A stretch of DNA of 64,000 nt from Dehalococcoidia bacterium (GTDB lineage Bacteria; Chloroflexota; Dehalococcoidia; Plut-88900): positions 224,001 through 288,000 of the forward strand of contig CBDFLQ010000007.1 of the NCBI GenBank assembly GCA_965249275.1. The letters are read 5' to 3'. The position numbers and the translations under genes were made by a program. The notes below the pieces were generated by a model. That model had not been told where the DNA came from. It searched no databases and worked only from the letters and a program-made list of their open reading frames with translations. Positions 28,494 to 37,277 of the stretch are shown in pieces; position 1 is the first letter of the stretch, and each line of letters opens with the position of its first letter.

Positions 28494-29732
28494 TCATCTC
28501 ACCCTCCGGATCCCGGACTGCGTCACCACCGTAAGGAGCACCACCCCCAGGAAAGCTATGCTGCTATATGTCACCGCCCTCTGCACCCCAATCCACTCCG
28601 CTAAGCCTCCCATGTACAGCATGCCCAACGGCAATGATCCAATCGCCATTGCCACCGCCCCCATCGCCCGACCCCTCATCTCCGGCGACGAAACTGTCGT
28701 CGCTATGGTGGTCTGCATCGTGGTGAATCCCGACTGCCCTAGACCGGCAAATAGCAAAGGCAGAAGAGCCAGCCAGTAGACCGGGGCAAAGCTGAACAAC
28801 AGCACCCCCACACCTAATATCAACGAACCTATTATGAAAATCTCTCCCCTGTATCTCATACTCCCCAACGCCGCAATGACCACCGCCCCAATCATAGAGC
28901 CCATGCCATCCATCCCGCTCATGAATCCCAACCCCGTCCCCCCGACCCCGTAGACGTCCCGCGCGAAAACGGGATGCAGTTGTATGTGAGGAAACACCAG
29001 CGTGTTGGCCGCCAGGGTGATCATCAATAACCCCCTCATGGCCCCATTGCGCCACACATACTTCAACCCAAGGACAATGCCTTTCACCATTGGCTCTCGA
29101 TTGGTGTCCTCTTGCCTCGGCGAGGGCACCGGGACCCTGATTACGAACAGCAGTCCCAGCAGCACCGATACCGCGATGAAGAAGTAGGCCTCCCCCGGTC
29201 CCGCAACGTCCAGCATCCACCCCGCCACCCACCTCCCCACCATCGCCGAACCCATCCACGAGGCCACATTTATCGCCATGGCATTGACTACGACTTTTTC
29301 GGGGACAACATCTCGGATTATCGAATGCCTGACCGGGTAATCGATCGCCCAGGCAATGCCGATCAGAAACGCACCCAGGTACATCTGCCACAGGTTCAGC
29401 AAGTCCAGGAACAGCGTGACTCCCATCCCCGCCGATAGCACGAAGTTCAGGAACTGCGCCCCCATCAGCATCCGCTTGCGTGGCCACCTGTCTGCCTGGG
29501 CCCCAGCCACAAAGCCCAGCGTCCCCATCGGCAGCAACCGAAACGCCCCGACCAGCGCCACTAGGAAAGGCGAGTCCGTTCGTTCCAGCACCACCCACCC
29601 TAGAATGATGTAGTCCATCCAGAACGGCAGATGCCAGAGCTGGCTTACGAACCACAGCTTCCTCCAGTCCCGATGCTCCAGCGATCTGAGAGCTCGGGAG
29701 CGGGTTAACCAGCCGGACCGGTTCTGCTGCAC
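28494..29732 (-). CDS. MFS transporter
   Basis: About 12 hydrophobic segments, GAQADRWPRK motif A, MRGRAMG. Confidence 0.9.
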   Translation of the reverse strand: MQQNRSGWLTRSRALRSLEHRDWRKLWFVSQLWHLPFWMDYIILGWVVLERTDSPFLVALVGAFRLLPMGTLGFVAGAQADRWPRKRMLMGAQFLNFVLSAGMGVTLFLDLLNLWQMYLGAFLIGIAWAIDYPVRHSIIRDVVPEKVVVNAMAINVASWMGSAMVGRWVAGWMLDVAGPGEAYFFIAVSVLLGLLFVIRVPVPSPRQEDTNREPMVKGIVLGLKYVWRNGAMRGLLMITLAANTLVFPHIQLHPVFARDVYGVGGTGLGFMSGMDGMGSMIGAVVIAALGSMRYRGEIFIIGSLILGVGVLLFSFAPVYWLALLPLLFAGLGQSGFTTMQTTIATTVSSPEMRGRAMGAVAMAIGSLPLGMLYMGGLAEWIGVQRAVTYSSIAFLGVVLLTVVTQSGIRRVR

Positions 29733-29919
29733 TCTGCTATTGCCTCGGCCCGAGGGTATCTGCGGCTAGGATTGCGCATGAGACGGGTAGGTCTCACAAG
29801 AAAGGGCGGTTGCCGTATTCTATAGGAAGCCCCTGCCCTATCCAAATCACCCAGGGTTTGACCCTCCACCCGAGTGCACCTATTATCTGATAGCCCCGCC
29901 CCTTGCCCCCTACCTGCTT

Positions 29920-31395
29920 ATGGACTGGCGACAACACTACCGAAAAAACCTGGTCACCCCTGACGAAGCGGTCTCTACCATCGCCTCTGGCGACGGAGTG
30001 ACCGTTTCCGTCAATCCCCATCCTAACCTTATATTGGATGCTCTCGCCGCCCGTCGAGGTGAGTTGCGAGGCGTAAGGCTCCACCTCCTGGGGCCTCACT
30101 ACGACCCCGGCTGGCTCCAACCCGGCTGGGACGACTCTTTCCCCATCACCATCATGTTCTACCTCGGCGACGTCGCCCGACCCGCCCACGACCAGCGTTA
30201 CGTCGACTTCCAGCCCATGCTCCTCTCAACCGCCATGAAACCCTTCGACGAGGAAGCCCGTCAGCCCCATGTCGTCGACTACCTGTTCATCGTCGTCTCC
30301 CCACCCGACGATCACGGCTTCTGCAGTTTCGGCGCCGAGCTTTGGGACAAGCGCCGCGTCGCTAAATACGCATCCAGCGTCATCGCTGAAGTCGACGAGA
30401 ACCAGGTCCGGACCTACGGCTCCAACTATATCCACGTTTCGGAAATCGACCGATTCGTCGAACATACGCCTCCCGCCCTATCCATCAAAGCAGGACAGAA
30501 GCTCCTGGATACCCTTCCCGAGGGCGAACTCAGATCAGAGCTCGAGAGAATCTCGCCGCTTATGTCTGATGTACAGCGCCAGGAGGCCATCCCCACTCTG
30601 ATGCGCGTCAACATCTCGCAGGTCCGCGGTTGGGCCCGCTGGGCAGGTTGGGTCCCTCCTCCCGAGCCAATACTGAAGATTGCCGAATACGTCCATGGCC
30701 TCGTCCATGACGGAGATTCCGTTCAGATCGGCGTCGGCACTCCGGGCGTATACCTTCCGGGCCTGGGCGTATTCGACGACAAGAAAGACCTCGGCTGGCA
30801 CGCCGAGATGTCGGCCCCCGGCATCCTCTCTCTCGTCGAAAGGGGCATAGTCAACGGCAGCCGAAAGACCATTCACCAGGGCAAGGCCGTCTTTTCCGGC
30901 CTGATGGGCAGCACCCCCGCCGAGGTTGAGTTCGCTAAGGAAAACCCGCTGGTGGAGCTCTGGGACGCCGACCACATCCTCGACATGCGGAACATCGCTT
31001 CCAACCCCAACCACGTCGCCATCAACAACGCCATCTCCATAGACCTGACCGGCCAGATCAACTCCGAGACCCTGTTCGGTGGCAGGCTCTACAACGGCAC
31101 CGGCGGCCAGCCCGAACTCCACATGGGGGCCATCTTTTCCGAAGGGGGCCGAGCCTTAACCCTGCTCACCTCCACGGCTCTCGGAGGCGCAGTGTCCAAG
31201 ATTGTCGCCCAGCACGAAGAAGGCGCCGCTATTACCATTCCGCGCACCTTTGCCGACTATGTGGTCACCGAGTACGGTGTCGCCCGACTCCTCGGCAAGT
31301 CCGTACGGGAGCGCGCCCGAGCCCTCATTAGCATCGCCCATCCCGACTTCCGCCCCGAGTTGGAGAGGGTCGCCAAACAGTTGTATTATCCCTAA
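29920..31395 (+). CDS. Acetyl-CoA hydrolase / 4-hydroxybutyrate CoA-transferase family protein
   Basis: VSPPDDHGFCSFG, QIGVG, INNAISIDLTGQ, GTGGQ, DYVVTEYG, IAHPDFR. Confidence 0.88.
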   Translation: MDWRQHYRKNLVTPDEAVSTIASGDGVTVSVNPHPNLILDALAARRGELRGVRLHLLGPHYDPGWLQPGWDDSFPITIMFYLGDVARPAHDQRYVDFQPMLLSTAMKPFDEEARQPHVVDYLFIVVSPPDDHGFCSFGAELWDKRRVAKYASSVIAEVDENQVRTYGSNYIHVSEIDRFVEHTPPALSIKAGQKLLDTLPEGELRSELERISPLMSDVQRQEAIPTLMRVNISQVRGWARWAGWVPPPEPILKIAEYVHGLVHDGDSVQIGVGTPGVYLPGLGVFDDKKDLGWHAEMSAPGILSLVERGIVNGSRKTIHQGKAVFSGLMGSTPAEVEFAKENPLVELWDADHILDMRNIASNPNHVAINNAISIDLTGQINSETLFGGRLYNGTGGQPELHMGAIFSEGGRALTLLTSTALGGAVSKIVAQHEEGAAITIPRTFADYVVTEYGVARLLGKSVRERARALISIAHPDFRPELERVAKQLYYP

Positions 31396-31410
31396 CGAGG
31401 TGAACCATCC

Positions 31411-32466
31411 ATGAAATTCGGCATCTTCTACCAGATCCCCTGCCACGCCGACCAGTACGCCCCCGACAGATATCGCGAAGTCCTCTACCAGATCGAACTC
31501 GCCGAAGACCTCGGCTTCGACTCCGTCTGGCTGGGAGAACTCCACTTCGATGCTGCCCTCGGCATCATGCCCTCCATCAACATCATGGCCGGCGCCATTG
31601 CCCAGCGCACCTCTCGGATGCGCATCGGCCTTGGCGTGAGTATCATCCCCATGCACGACCCCCTTCTCAACGCCGAGGAAGCCGCTATGGTGGACAACTT
31701 GAGCGATGGCAGGCTGGAATTCGGAGTTGGGCGTGGCGTCCTCACCTTCTACGATCCTTTCCGAATCAAGCCCCAGGAGAGCCGCGAGCGTTACGCCGAA
31801 GCGCTGGACATAATCGTCGGGGCCTGGACCCAAGACCCCTTCTCCTACGAAGGCAAGCATTTCCAGGTGCGTGAAGCATCTCTGGTGCCCAAGCCCGTCC
31901 AGCAGCCCCACCCACCCCTCACCGTCGCCGCCAGTGGCAGCCAGGGCGTTTTCGACGTAGCCGCTAAGCGAGGCATGGGCGTGATGGCCGGACTCTTCCT
32001 CACTCCCATGGAAACCCTCAAGGACCGTGCCGCAACCTATCGCCAGGTTGAGACCGACGCCGGCCTACCCCACAAGCCCGAGTTCATGAAAATTCTCCAG
32101 CCCACCTTCGTCTCCGAAACCGTAGCGGAAGCTCAGGAAGCCACCAGGGCCAGCGTCGACCAGTATTTCGACGCTCTGAAAATGAATCTGGACTCTCCTG
32201 CAGGCGACAGGATCATAGAAGCCGTCCCCGAGTACAGCCACTTCAAAGAGGCCCGAGACGAGCACTCTCACGAGCAAATCGTGAAAAAGGGCATGGACCT
32301 CTACCTCACACCCGACAAGACCACCGAAAGGCTCAACTGGTTCAAGTCGGAGCTCCCCGTCGGCGAGATGCTCCACTGGTTCGAAATGGGCGGCCTCGTC
32401 CCCCACGAAAAGATCGTCGACTCCATGAAGCTATTCGCCAGGGAAGTCATCCCCAACTTCCGTTAA
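31411..32466 (+). CDS. LLM class flavin-dependent oxidoreductase
   Basis: MKFGIF, GFDSVWLGELHF, SDGRLEFGVGRG, PKPVQQPHPP. Confidence 0.92.
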   Translation: MKFGIFYQIPCHADQYAPDRYREVLYQIELAEDLGFDSVWLGELHFDAALGIMPSINIMAGAIAQRTSRMRIGLGVSIIPMHDPLLNAEEAAMVDNLSDGRLEFGVGRGVLTFYDPFRIKPQESRERYAEALDIIVGAWTQDPFSYEGKHFQVREASLVPKPVQQPHPPLTVAASGSQGVFDVAAKRGMGVMAGLFLTPMETLKDRAATYRQVETDAGLPHKPEFMKILQPTFVSETVAEAQEATRASVDQYFDALKMNLDSPAGDRIIEAVPEYSHFKEARDEHSHEQIVKKGMDLYLTPDKTTERLNWFKSELPVGEMLHWFEMGGLVPHEKIVDSMKLFAREVIPNFR

Positions 32467-32480
32467 ATGGAAAGCACCTA

Positions 32481-32550
32481 CCCGCTCGCCCTGTCGCAGA
32501 TCCGCCGAGGCGGAAGCCTGCTGAAAGTGCGCCTCTGGAGCATCGAAGGG
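32481..32550. repeat. REP-like repeat with nested hairpin
   Basis: CCCGCTCGCCCTG[TCGCAGATCCGCCGAGGCGGA...]AGCATCGAAGGG. Confidence 0.55.
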
Positions 32551-32592
32551 TTTATCGAACGGGTGTCAGCACCTAACGTCCAAAGGCGGTGA

Positions 32593-33825
32593 TTGACCAT
32601 CCTTCAAGACGCCGATAGTTTCAAAGGCAGATGGATCGTCGTCGGCACCCTCACCTCGGGTGTGGCTATGGCCCTATCGTCCATATTCGTCATTGGCCTC
32701 CTCCTCCCCGACATAGCCGAGGATCTGGACCTCTCACCGGTCCAGCAAGGCTGGCTCGGTGCCTCCGTAGTTTTCGGAAACCTATTTCTCGCCATTCCTC
32801 TTAACCTCTGGCTCTCCAGGTACAGACCTTGGCGCGTGGCCTTCATCACCTTCCTGGGAATCGGCGGCTTCACCCTCCTCCAGGCCTTCGCCCCGAATTT
32901 CGCCATCCTGATCATTGGACGCGTTGGCCTTGGCATCAGCTTCATAGCCAATCAGTCCCCAAGAGCCTTGATCATCCAGCAGTGGTCGCCTCCCGGCAAA
33001 GTACAAGTCACCACGGGTGTAGTCTTCGGCGCCATAGATCTCATCATGGGCGTCATCTTCTTCCTGACTCCCGTACTCAACAACGCTCTGGGCGGTTGGC
33101 GTCCCGTTCTTATGGTTTTGGGCGCATTGGGGTTAACCACCGCCGCAGCTTGGACCATCCTTGGAAAAGAAAGAGAGATTGGCGAATACCGAACGAGGCT
33201 GGAGTCCCAGCGGGAAAACCCTTTGCTCTCGGTCCTCAAGTACAAGCAGTTGTGGTTGATGGGTTTGGGCATGTTGGCCGTGTCCGTCGGCGGCTCTGCC
33301 TTCGAACACTTCTGGCCCACCCATGCAGAGGAAGGATTGCTGGTCTCCGATAATGTCCCCGGAGCGGTTTTTGGCATCAGCCTATTCGGCGCTGGCGCGG
33401 CGGTCTACCTCTTCAACGTCATACCCTTCTTCAACAGGTTCCGCACAACTACCCTTGCCCTCTCCGGACTCTCCACCGCCGCCGTCAACGCAGGCCTCCT
33501 GTTCATTACCAACCCAACCTTCCTTATCCTCCTTTCCATCCCCCGAGGCGTGGCAAATCTCTATTTTCCACTGCTAATGATCATGGTCTATCAGCTCCCC
33601 GGCATCCGCCCCCGGGAAGTCGCCGTGGGCATCGCGTTCATGCAGACCTCAATCTGGTTGGGTAATGCCATAGGCCCACTTATCGTGGGATACGTCCAGG
33701 AAGCCTCAGGAGACCTACGCCTCGCCCTATTGTGCATCGCCTTCACTGGCACACTTTTAATGCCCGTCGCCCTAGCCCTCCACGGCCTCCGTGACCCCAG
33801 CGACGAAGACTCTCATAGCAAATGA
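32593..33825 (+). CDS. MFS transporter
   Basis: 410 aa, about 12 TM segments, IGPLIVG motif. Confidence 0.85.
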   Translation: MTILQDADSFKGRWIVVGTLTSGVAMALSSIFVIGLLLPDIAEDLDLSPVQQGWLGASVVFGNLFLAIPLNLWLSRYRPWRVAFITFLGIGGFTLLQAFAPNFAILIIGRVGLGISFIANQSPRALIIQQWSPPGKVQVTTGVVFGAIDLIMGVIFFLTPVLNNALGGWRPVLMVLGALGLTTAAAWTILGKEREIGEYRTRLESQRENPLLSVLKYKQLWLMGLGMLAVSVGGSAFEHFWPTHAEEGLLVSDNVPGAVFGISLFGAGAAVYLFNVIPFFNRFRTTTLALSGLSTAAVNAGLLFITNPTFLILLSIPRGVANLYFPLLMIMVYQLPGIRPREVAVGIAFMQTSIWLGNAIGPLIVGYVQEASGDLRLALLCIAFTGTLLMPVALALHGLRDPSDEDSHSK

Positions 33826-33864
33826 TGCATCGAATGAACACGGAGCCAAATGAGCAGGTCTAGC

Positions 33865-34362
33865 TTACTGCACTGGTCCCTTGCCGATAACTTCCAGGTA
33901 AGCCTCCAGTCGTTCGTGAAGCCACTCCGCCATCGACTCCCAATTTCCACGGGCTCGCGTCTCTACGCGACGATGCGTCACAACCGCGTAATGGTCTGAA
34001 ACTACGCCTACATCAACGCCTAGTTCGCTCCGAATGGGCTCTTCGTAACCCTCAAGATTAGGAAACACATCTTCGAACGGCGCTCCCCAGGGAGACGTGC
34101 AATAGATACCCACTTCCCTTTTAGCAAGATATTGCGACACGACTATTCCGGGGTGCTGCGTGTTGTACCAAGTGTTGCTGCGTGCATAACCTGGGCGTAG
34201 GCCTGCACTGCCCGCATCCTCCGGATAGTTTTCGGCGTAGAATGCCCAGAACTCCCTTCTGAACTCCCCGACCTCGCTGATGGCTTTTGCGGTTCGCCTT
34301 GACAATTGCTTTTCCATGCGCTGGGCTTGGCCCATGTATCCAGCTCGGTGCCAGCGTCCCAC
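33865..34362 (-). CDS. Hypothetical protein (DUF4268-like; start may be 34317)
   Basis: FW..F...Y N-terminal pattern and NW...AEWL C-terminal pattern; weak family resemblance only. Confidence 0.55.
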   Translation of the reverse strand: MGRWHRAGYMGQAQRMEKQLSRRTAKAISEVGEFRREFWAFYAENYPEDAGSAGLRPGYARSNTWYNTQHPGIVVSQYLAKREVGIYCTSPWGAPFEDVFPNLEGYEEPIRSELGVDVGVVSDHYAVVTHRRVETRARGNWESMAEWLHERLEAYLEVIGKGPVQ

Positions 34363-34385
34363 CCCTCCCCTCCTGGCCCTTTACT

Positions 34386-35993
34386 TCAAACGGCCAAGGC
34401 CATTCCATCGGCGCCCGGGTCCGCCCCGCCCGTCCACACCCCATCGTCTATACGAATCCCGTGCACCCACGCAAAGGCGTAGGACACGGGCCAACGGACC
34501 ACCTCGTACCCCTGCGCCTCCAGTTCCTTGGTTACGAATCTCGGGATCCGGTTGCTCACGTCGATGGGATTGCTCGTCGCAGAGAACCGCGCCGCCGACA
34601 CCGCGTCCGACATCGACATCTCGAAGTCCAGCACGTTCATCAAGACCTGCAATACCCCCATCGTGATCTGCGTGCCGCCCGGCGCTCCTATCACCACGTA
34701 CGGCTCGTCGCCGCGGAAGACTATTGACGGACACATTGACGAAAAGCGGCTTTTGCCTGGCGCTAGACTCCCTGCTCGACCGGGCCGAGGGTCGAACACC
34801 GCCATGCACCCGTTGTACATGAATCCCAGCCCCTCCGTAATTGCGCCTGACGGCATTCCCAGCGAGTGCGTCATGGTGAACAGGTTCCCTTCCTCGTCGG
34901 CCACGCACACCTGTGTCGTGCTCTTGGATTCCACCGCCTCTTTCATCCTCTCCACCACTCCCCTCTCGCCCCTCTCTATCGCCGACGCCAATTCCCGAGC
35001 ATAGTCCTTGGACGTGAGCCGGGACACGGGAACTTCTACAAAGGCAGGGTCCCCGACATGGGCGTCCTTGTCCGCCGTGGCCCGTTTCATCGCCTCGGTT
35101 ACCACCTTCACGTACTCCGCCGAGTTGTGCCCCATTCCCGCAACGTCGAAGTTCTCCAGGATGTTCAGCATCTCCAGCAGCACGACGCCCCCGCCCGGCG
35201 GCTGGTTTGTCGCCACGTCAAAGCCCCGATACGTCCCCCGAAGAGGCTCGCAATGCGTGGTCCGGTATTCAGCCAGGTCTTGCGCCGAAATCAGCCCCCC
35301 ATTTGCATCCATGTCCTCGACTATCCGAGAAGCGATGTCCCCCAAGTAGAAGTCGTCAGGCCCGACCTTGGCCAACTGCTCCAACGTCGCCGTCATGTCC
35401 GGGTTGTCCAGCCGCTCCCCAACCTTCTTCAAAGATCCATCCCCGTTGAAATACACCCGCCTCCCCGTCTCCGTCAGCTTCAGCCGCTCCGAGGGGCTCG
35501 TCCTGCCGAATCGCTCATCGTTCGTCCACCAGTTATACATGTGAGGTCGTACCACAACCCCCTCCTTGGCGTGCGCGATGGCTGGAGCCAGAATCTCCGC
35601 CCATGGCATGCGTCCCCAGGCTTCATGTGCCTCAGCATATGCCTTAAGACTTCCCGGCACCGTGACCGACTGGTATCCGAGGTCATTCGCATTACCCTTA
35701 AGGATGAACCCGAAACCGTCCCGAGCCTCACCCTCGATCAGGTCCTCCCACATGTCGGGTCTCGTGGCCCGTGGCGACTTGCCGTGAAAGTCGATGCACC
35801 TGTGCACCCCCAGGCCCGGCAGATACGCCTGCAGACTCCCGAACCCGGCGATCCCCGTCATCTGAGGGTCCACTACCCCCTGCACGAATGCACACGCTAT
35901 TCCGGCGTCTATGGCGTTGCCGCCCTCTTTCAATACCATGGCCCCGGCTTCTACGGCCTCGGGCTGGGGAGCTACTATCATCCCTCGGGTCAT
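34386..35993 (-). CDS. ggt: Gamma-glutamyltransferase
   Basis: GGNAIDA, VPG, PPGGG, catalytic TTQ, GAPGGTQI, GADP. Confidence 0.9.
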   Translation of the reverse strand: MTRGMIVAPQPEAVEAGAMVLKEGGNAIDAGIACAFVQGVVDPQMTGIAGFGSLQAYLPGLGVHRCIDFHGKSPRATRPDMWEDLIEGEARDGFGFILKGNANDLGYQSVTVPGSLKAYAEAHEAWGRMPWAEILAPAIAHAKEGVVVRPHMYNWWTNDERFGRTSPSERLKLTETGRRVYFNGDGSLKKVGERLDNPDMTATLEQLAKVGPDDFYLGDIASRIVEDMDANGGLISAQDLAEYRTTHCEPLRGTYRGFDVATNQPPGGGVVLLEMLNILENFDVAGMGHNSAEYVKVVTEAMKRATADKDAHVGDPAFVEVPVSRLTSKDYARELASAIERGERGVVERMKEAVESKSTTQVCVADEEGNLFTMTHSLGMPSGAITEGLGFMYNGCMAVFDPRPGRAGSLAPGKSRFSSMCPSIVFRGDEPYVVIGAPGGTQITMGVLQVLMNVLDFEMSMSDAVSAARFSATSNPIDVSNRIPRFVTKELEAQGYEVVRWPVSYAFAWVHGIRIDDGVWTGGADPGADGMALAV

Positions 35994-36009
35994 TCGAATG
36001 CCTCCATTT

Positions 36010-36468
36010 TCAACTTTGCGCCCACCGAGCTAGGGCCTTCTCCGGCGACGCGATATCTTCTATCGACGTGTAGTAGTAGTCCTGCCACTCTTCTTGCGGG
36101 ATTCCGGTGAACAACATCAGATTTAGGGGATATTCGCCACTGTCGCTCGCGCTCCGGAAGTCGTCTCGGAACAGAAAGGTAGGCTTCTTCAAGGCAATCG
36201 CCATACCCAGTTCCACCATCACTCCCTCATCCGGTGGAACTCCGTTGACCACCGCAAATATCCCATCTGACTCCACAACGTCCAGATAGTCCGCCTGCCC
36301 GATCCTGTACGCCCACCCCGCTGCCGCAAAGTCGACCTGGTTGTTCCGGGCGAAAGGCTCCCAGACGTCCAACCCCAGGCCCTCCAGCACAGCCACCAGC
36401 TCAGGTAATAGCAGCGTCTTCTGCTGTGTTGAAAACCCGTAAGGGTTGGCTAGGTATATCTTCTTCAT
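36010..36468 (-). CDS. Nucleoside 2-deoxyribosyltransferase family protein
   Basis: IYLANP, DEGVMVELGMAIAL, NLML; ATG at 36468 overlaps the upstream stop. Confidence 0.85.
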   Translation of the reverse strand: MKKIYLANPYGFSTQQKTLLLPELVAVLEGLGLDVWEPFARNNQVDFAAAGWAYRIGQADYLDVVESDGIFAVVNGVPPDEGVMVELGMAIALKKPTFLFRDDFRSASDSGEYPLNLMLFTGIPQEEWQDYYYTSIEDIASPEKALARWAQS

Positions 36469-36878
36469 CCACGCGCTTCCCGGTCGGCGGCCCTCCATAA
36501 CGAAATCGCCTCGAATATCAGCACTACCAGGACAATGGATATCAGGTAGTCCCACAACGCGAACACAGGGTCCCTGTCCGGGTCCATCTTGGCCATGTAC
36601 TGCAGCAGATATCGGATATCTACCATTGCAACCAGGGCAGTGATCACATCCCTCGGCAATTGGGCCAGGTGGGCTCCACCATTTCTGCGAATCCGCAGGG
36701 AATCGAGCACGTTGGCCAAGACAACCAGCCCGAGCACCGCCATCACCCCCGGGTCGGCAGCGTAGTCGAAGATAACGTGCGCCGCATCCTCATCGAAGAC
36801 AAACACTATCATGGCTGCCAAAAGCAACGCCGCCGCGATAACGCACAGGATCGCCAGTCCCTTTCGCCAAGGCATCAT
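36465..36878 (-). CDS. Hypothetical membrane protein
   Basis: About 4 hydrophobic segments; GGAGG RBS before MMPWRK. Confidence 0.6.
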   Translation of the reverse strand: MMPWRKGLAILCVIAAALLLAAMIVFVFDEDAAHVIFDYAADPGVMAVLGLVVLANVLDSLRIRRNGGAHLAQLPRDVITALVAMVDIRYLLQYMAKMDPDRDPVFALWDYLISIVLVVLIFEAISLWRAADREARG

Positions 36879-37003
36879 TTCAACCCCTCCTCCCGGGCCC
36901 CCGACACGGGGCCCGTTCTTGAGAATTGAGGCCAGTATAGGGTCTTTACCGCCGCACGAAAAGCAGAAAAGCCTCCCCCTCTCCACCAAACCGCCACAGC
37001 CGT

Positions 37004-37031
37004 GTCATTCCGATGCCCCGCGAGGAATCTA
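37004..37031. repeat. GTCATTCCG...GGAATC palindromic repeat
   Basis: GTCATTCCGATGCCCCGCGAGGAATCTA, 2 mismatches to the 16636/27286 copies. Confidence 0.75.
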
Positions 37032-37277
37032 ACGCGTTGATACCCCACTCTACCTACGCATATCAAAGGCTACGCGACCTTGCGAAGAGACTCGCCCATC
37101 TCCCATATTCGTCATTACTGCGGCATCAAGCTCACGAAGAACAGTCTATCCATTTTCTCAGCAGTCAACTAATATCAATTGTGTCCAGCGCCAACCGTTG
37201 TCAAAACTGAACCCCGCATATCAGGTGCTACACTGTCCCCCGCGTCCCCCCGCCCCACTCCCCAGGAGGTCAAAACT

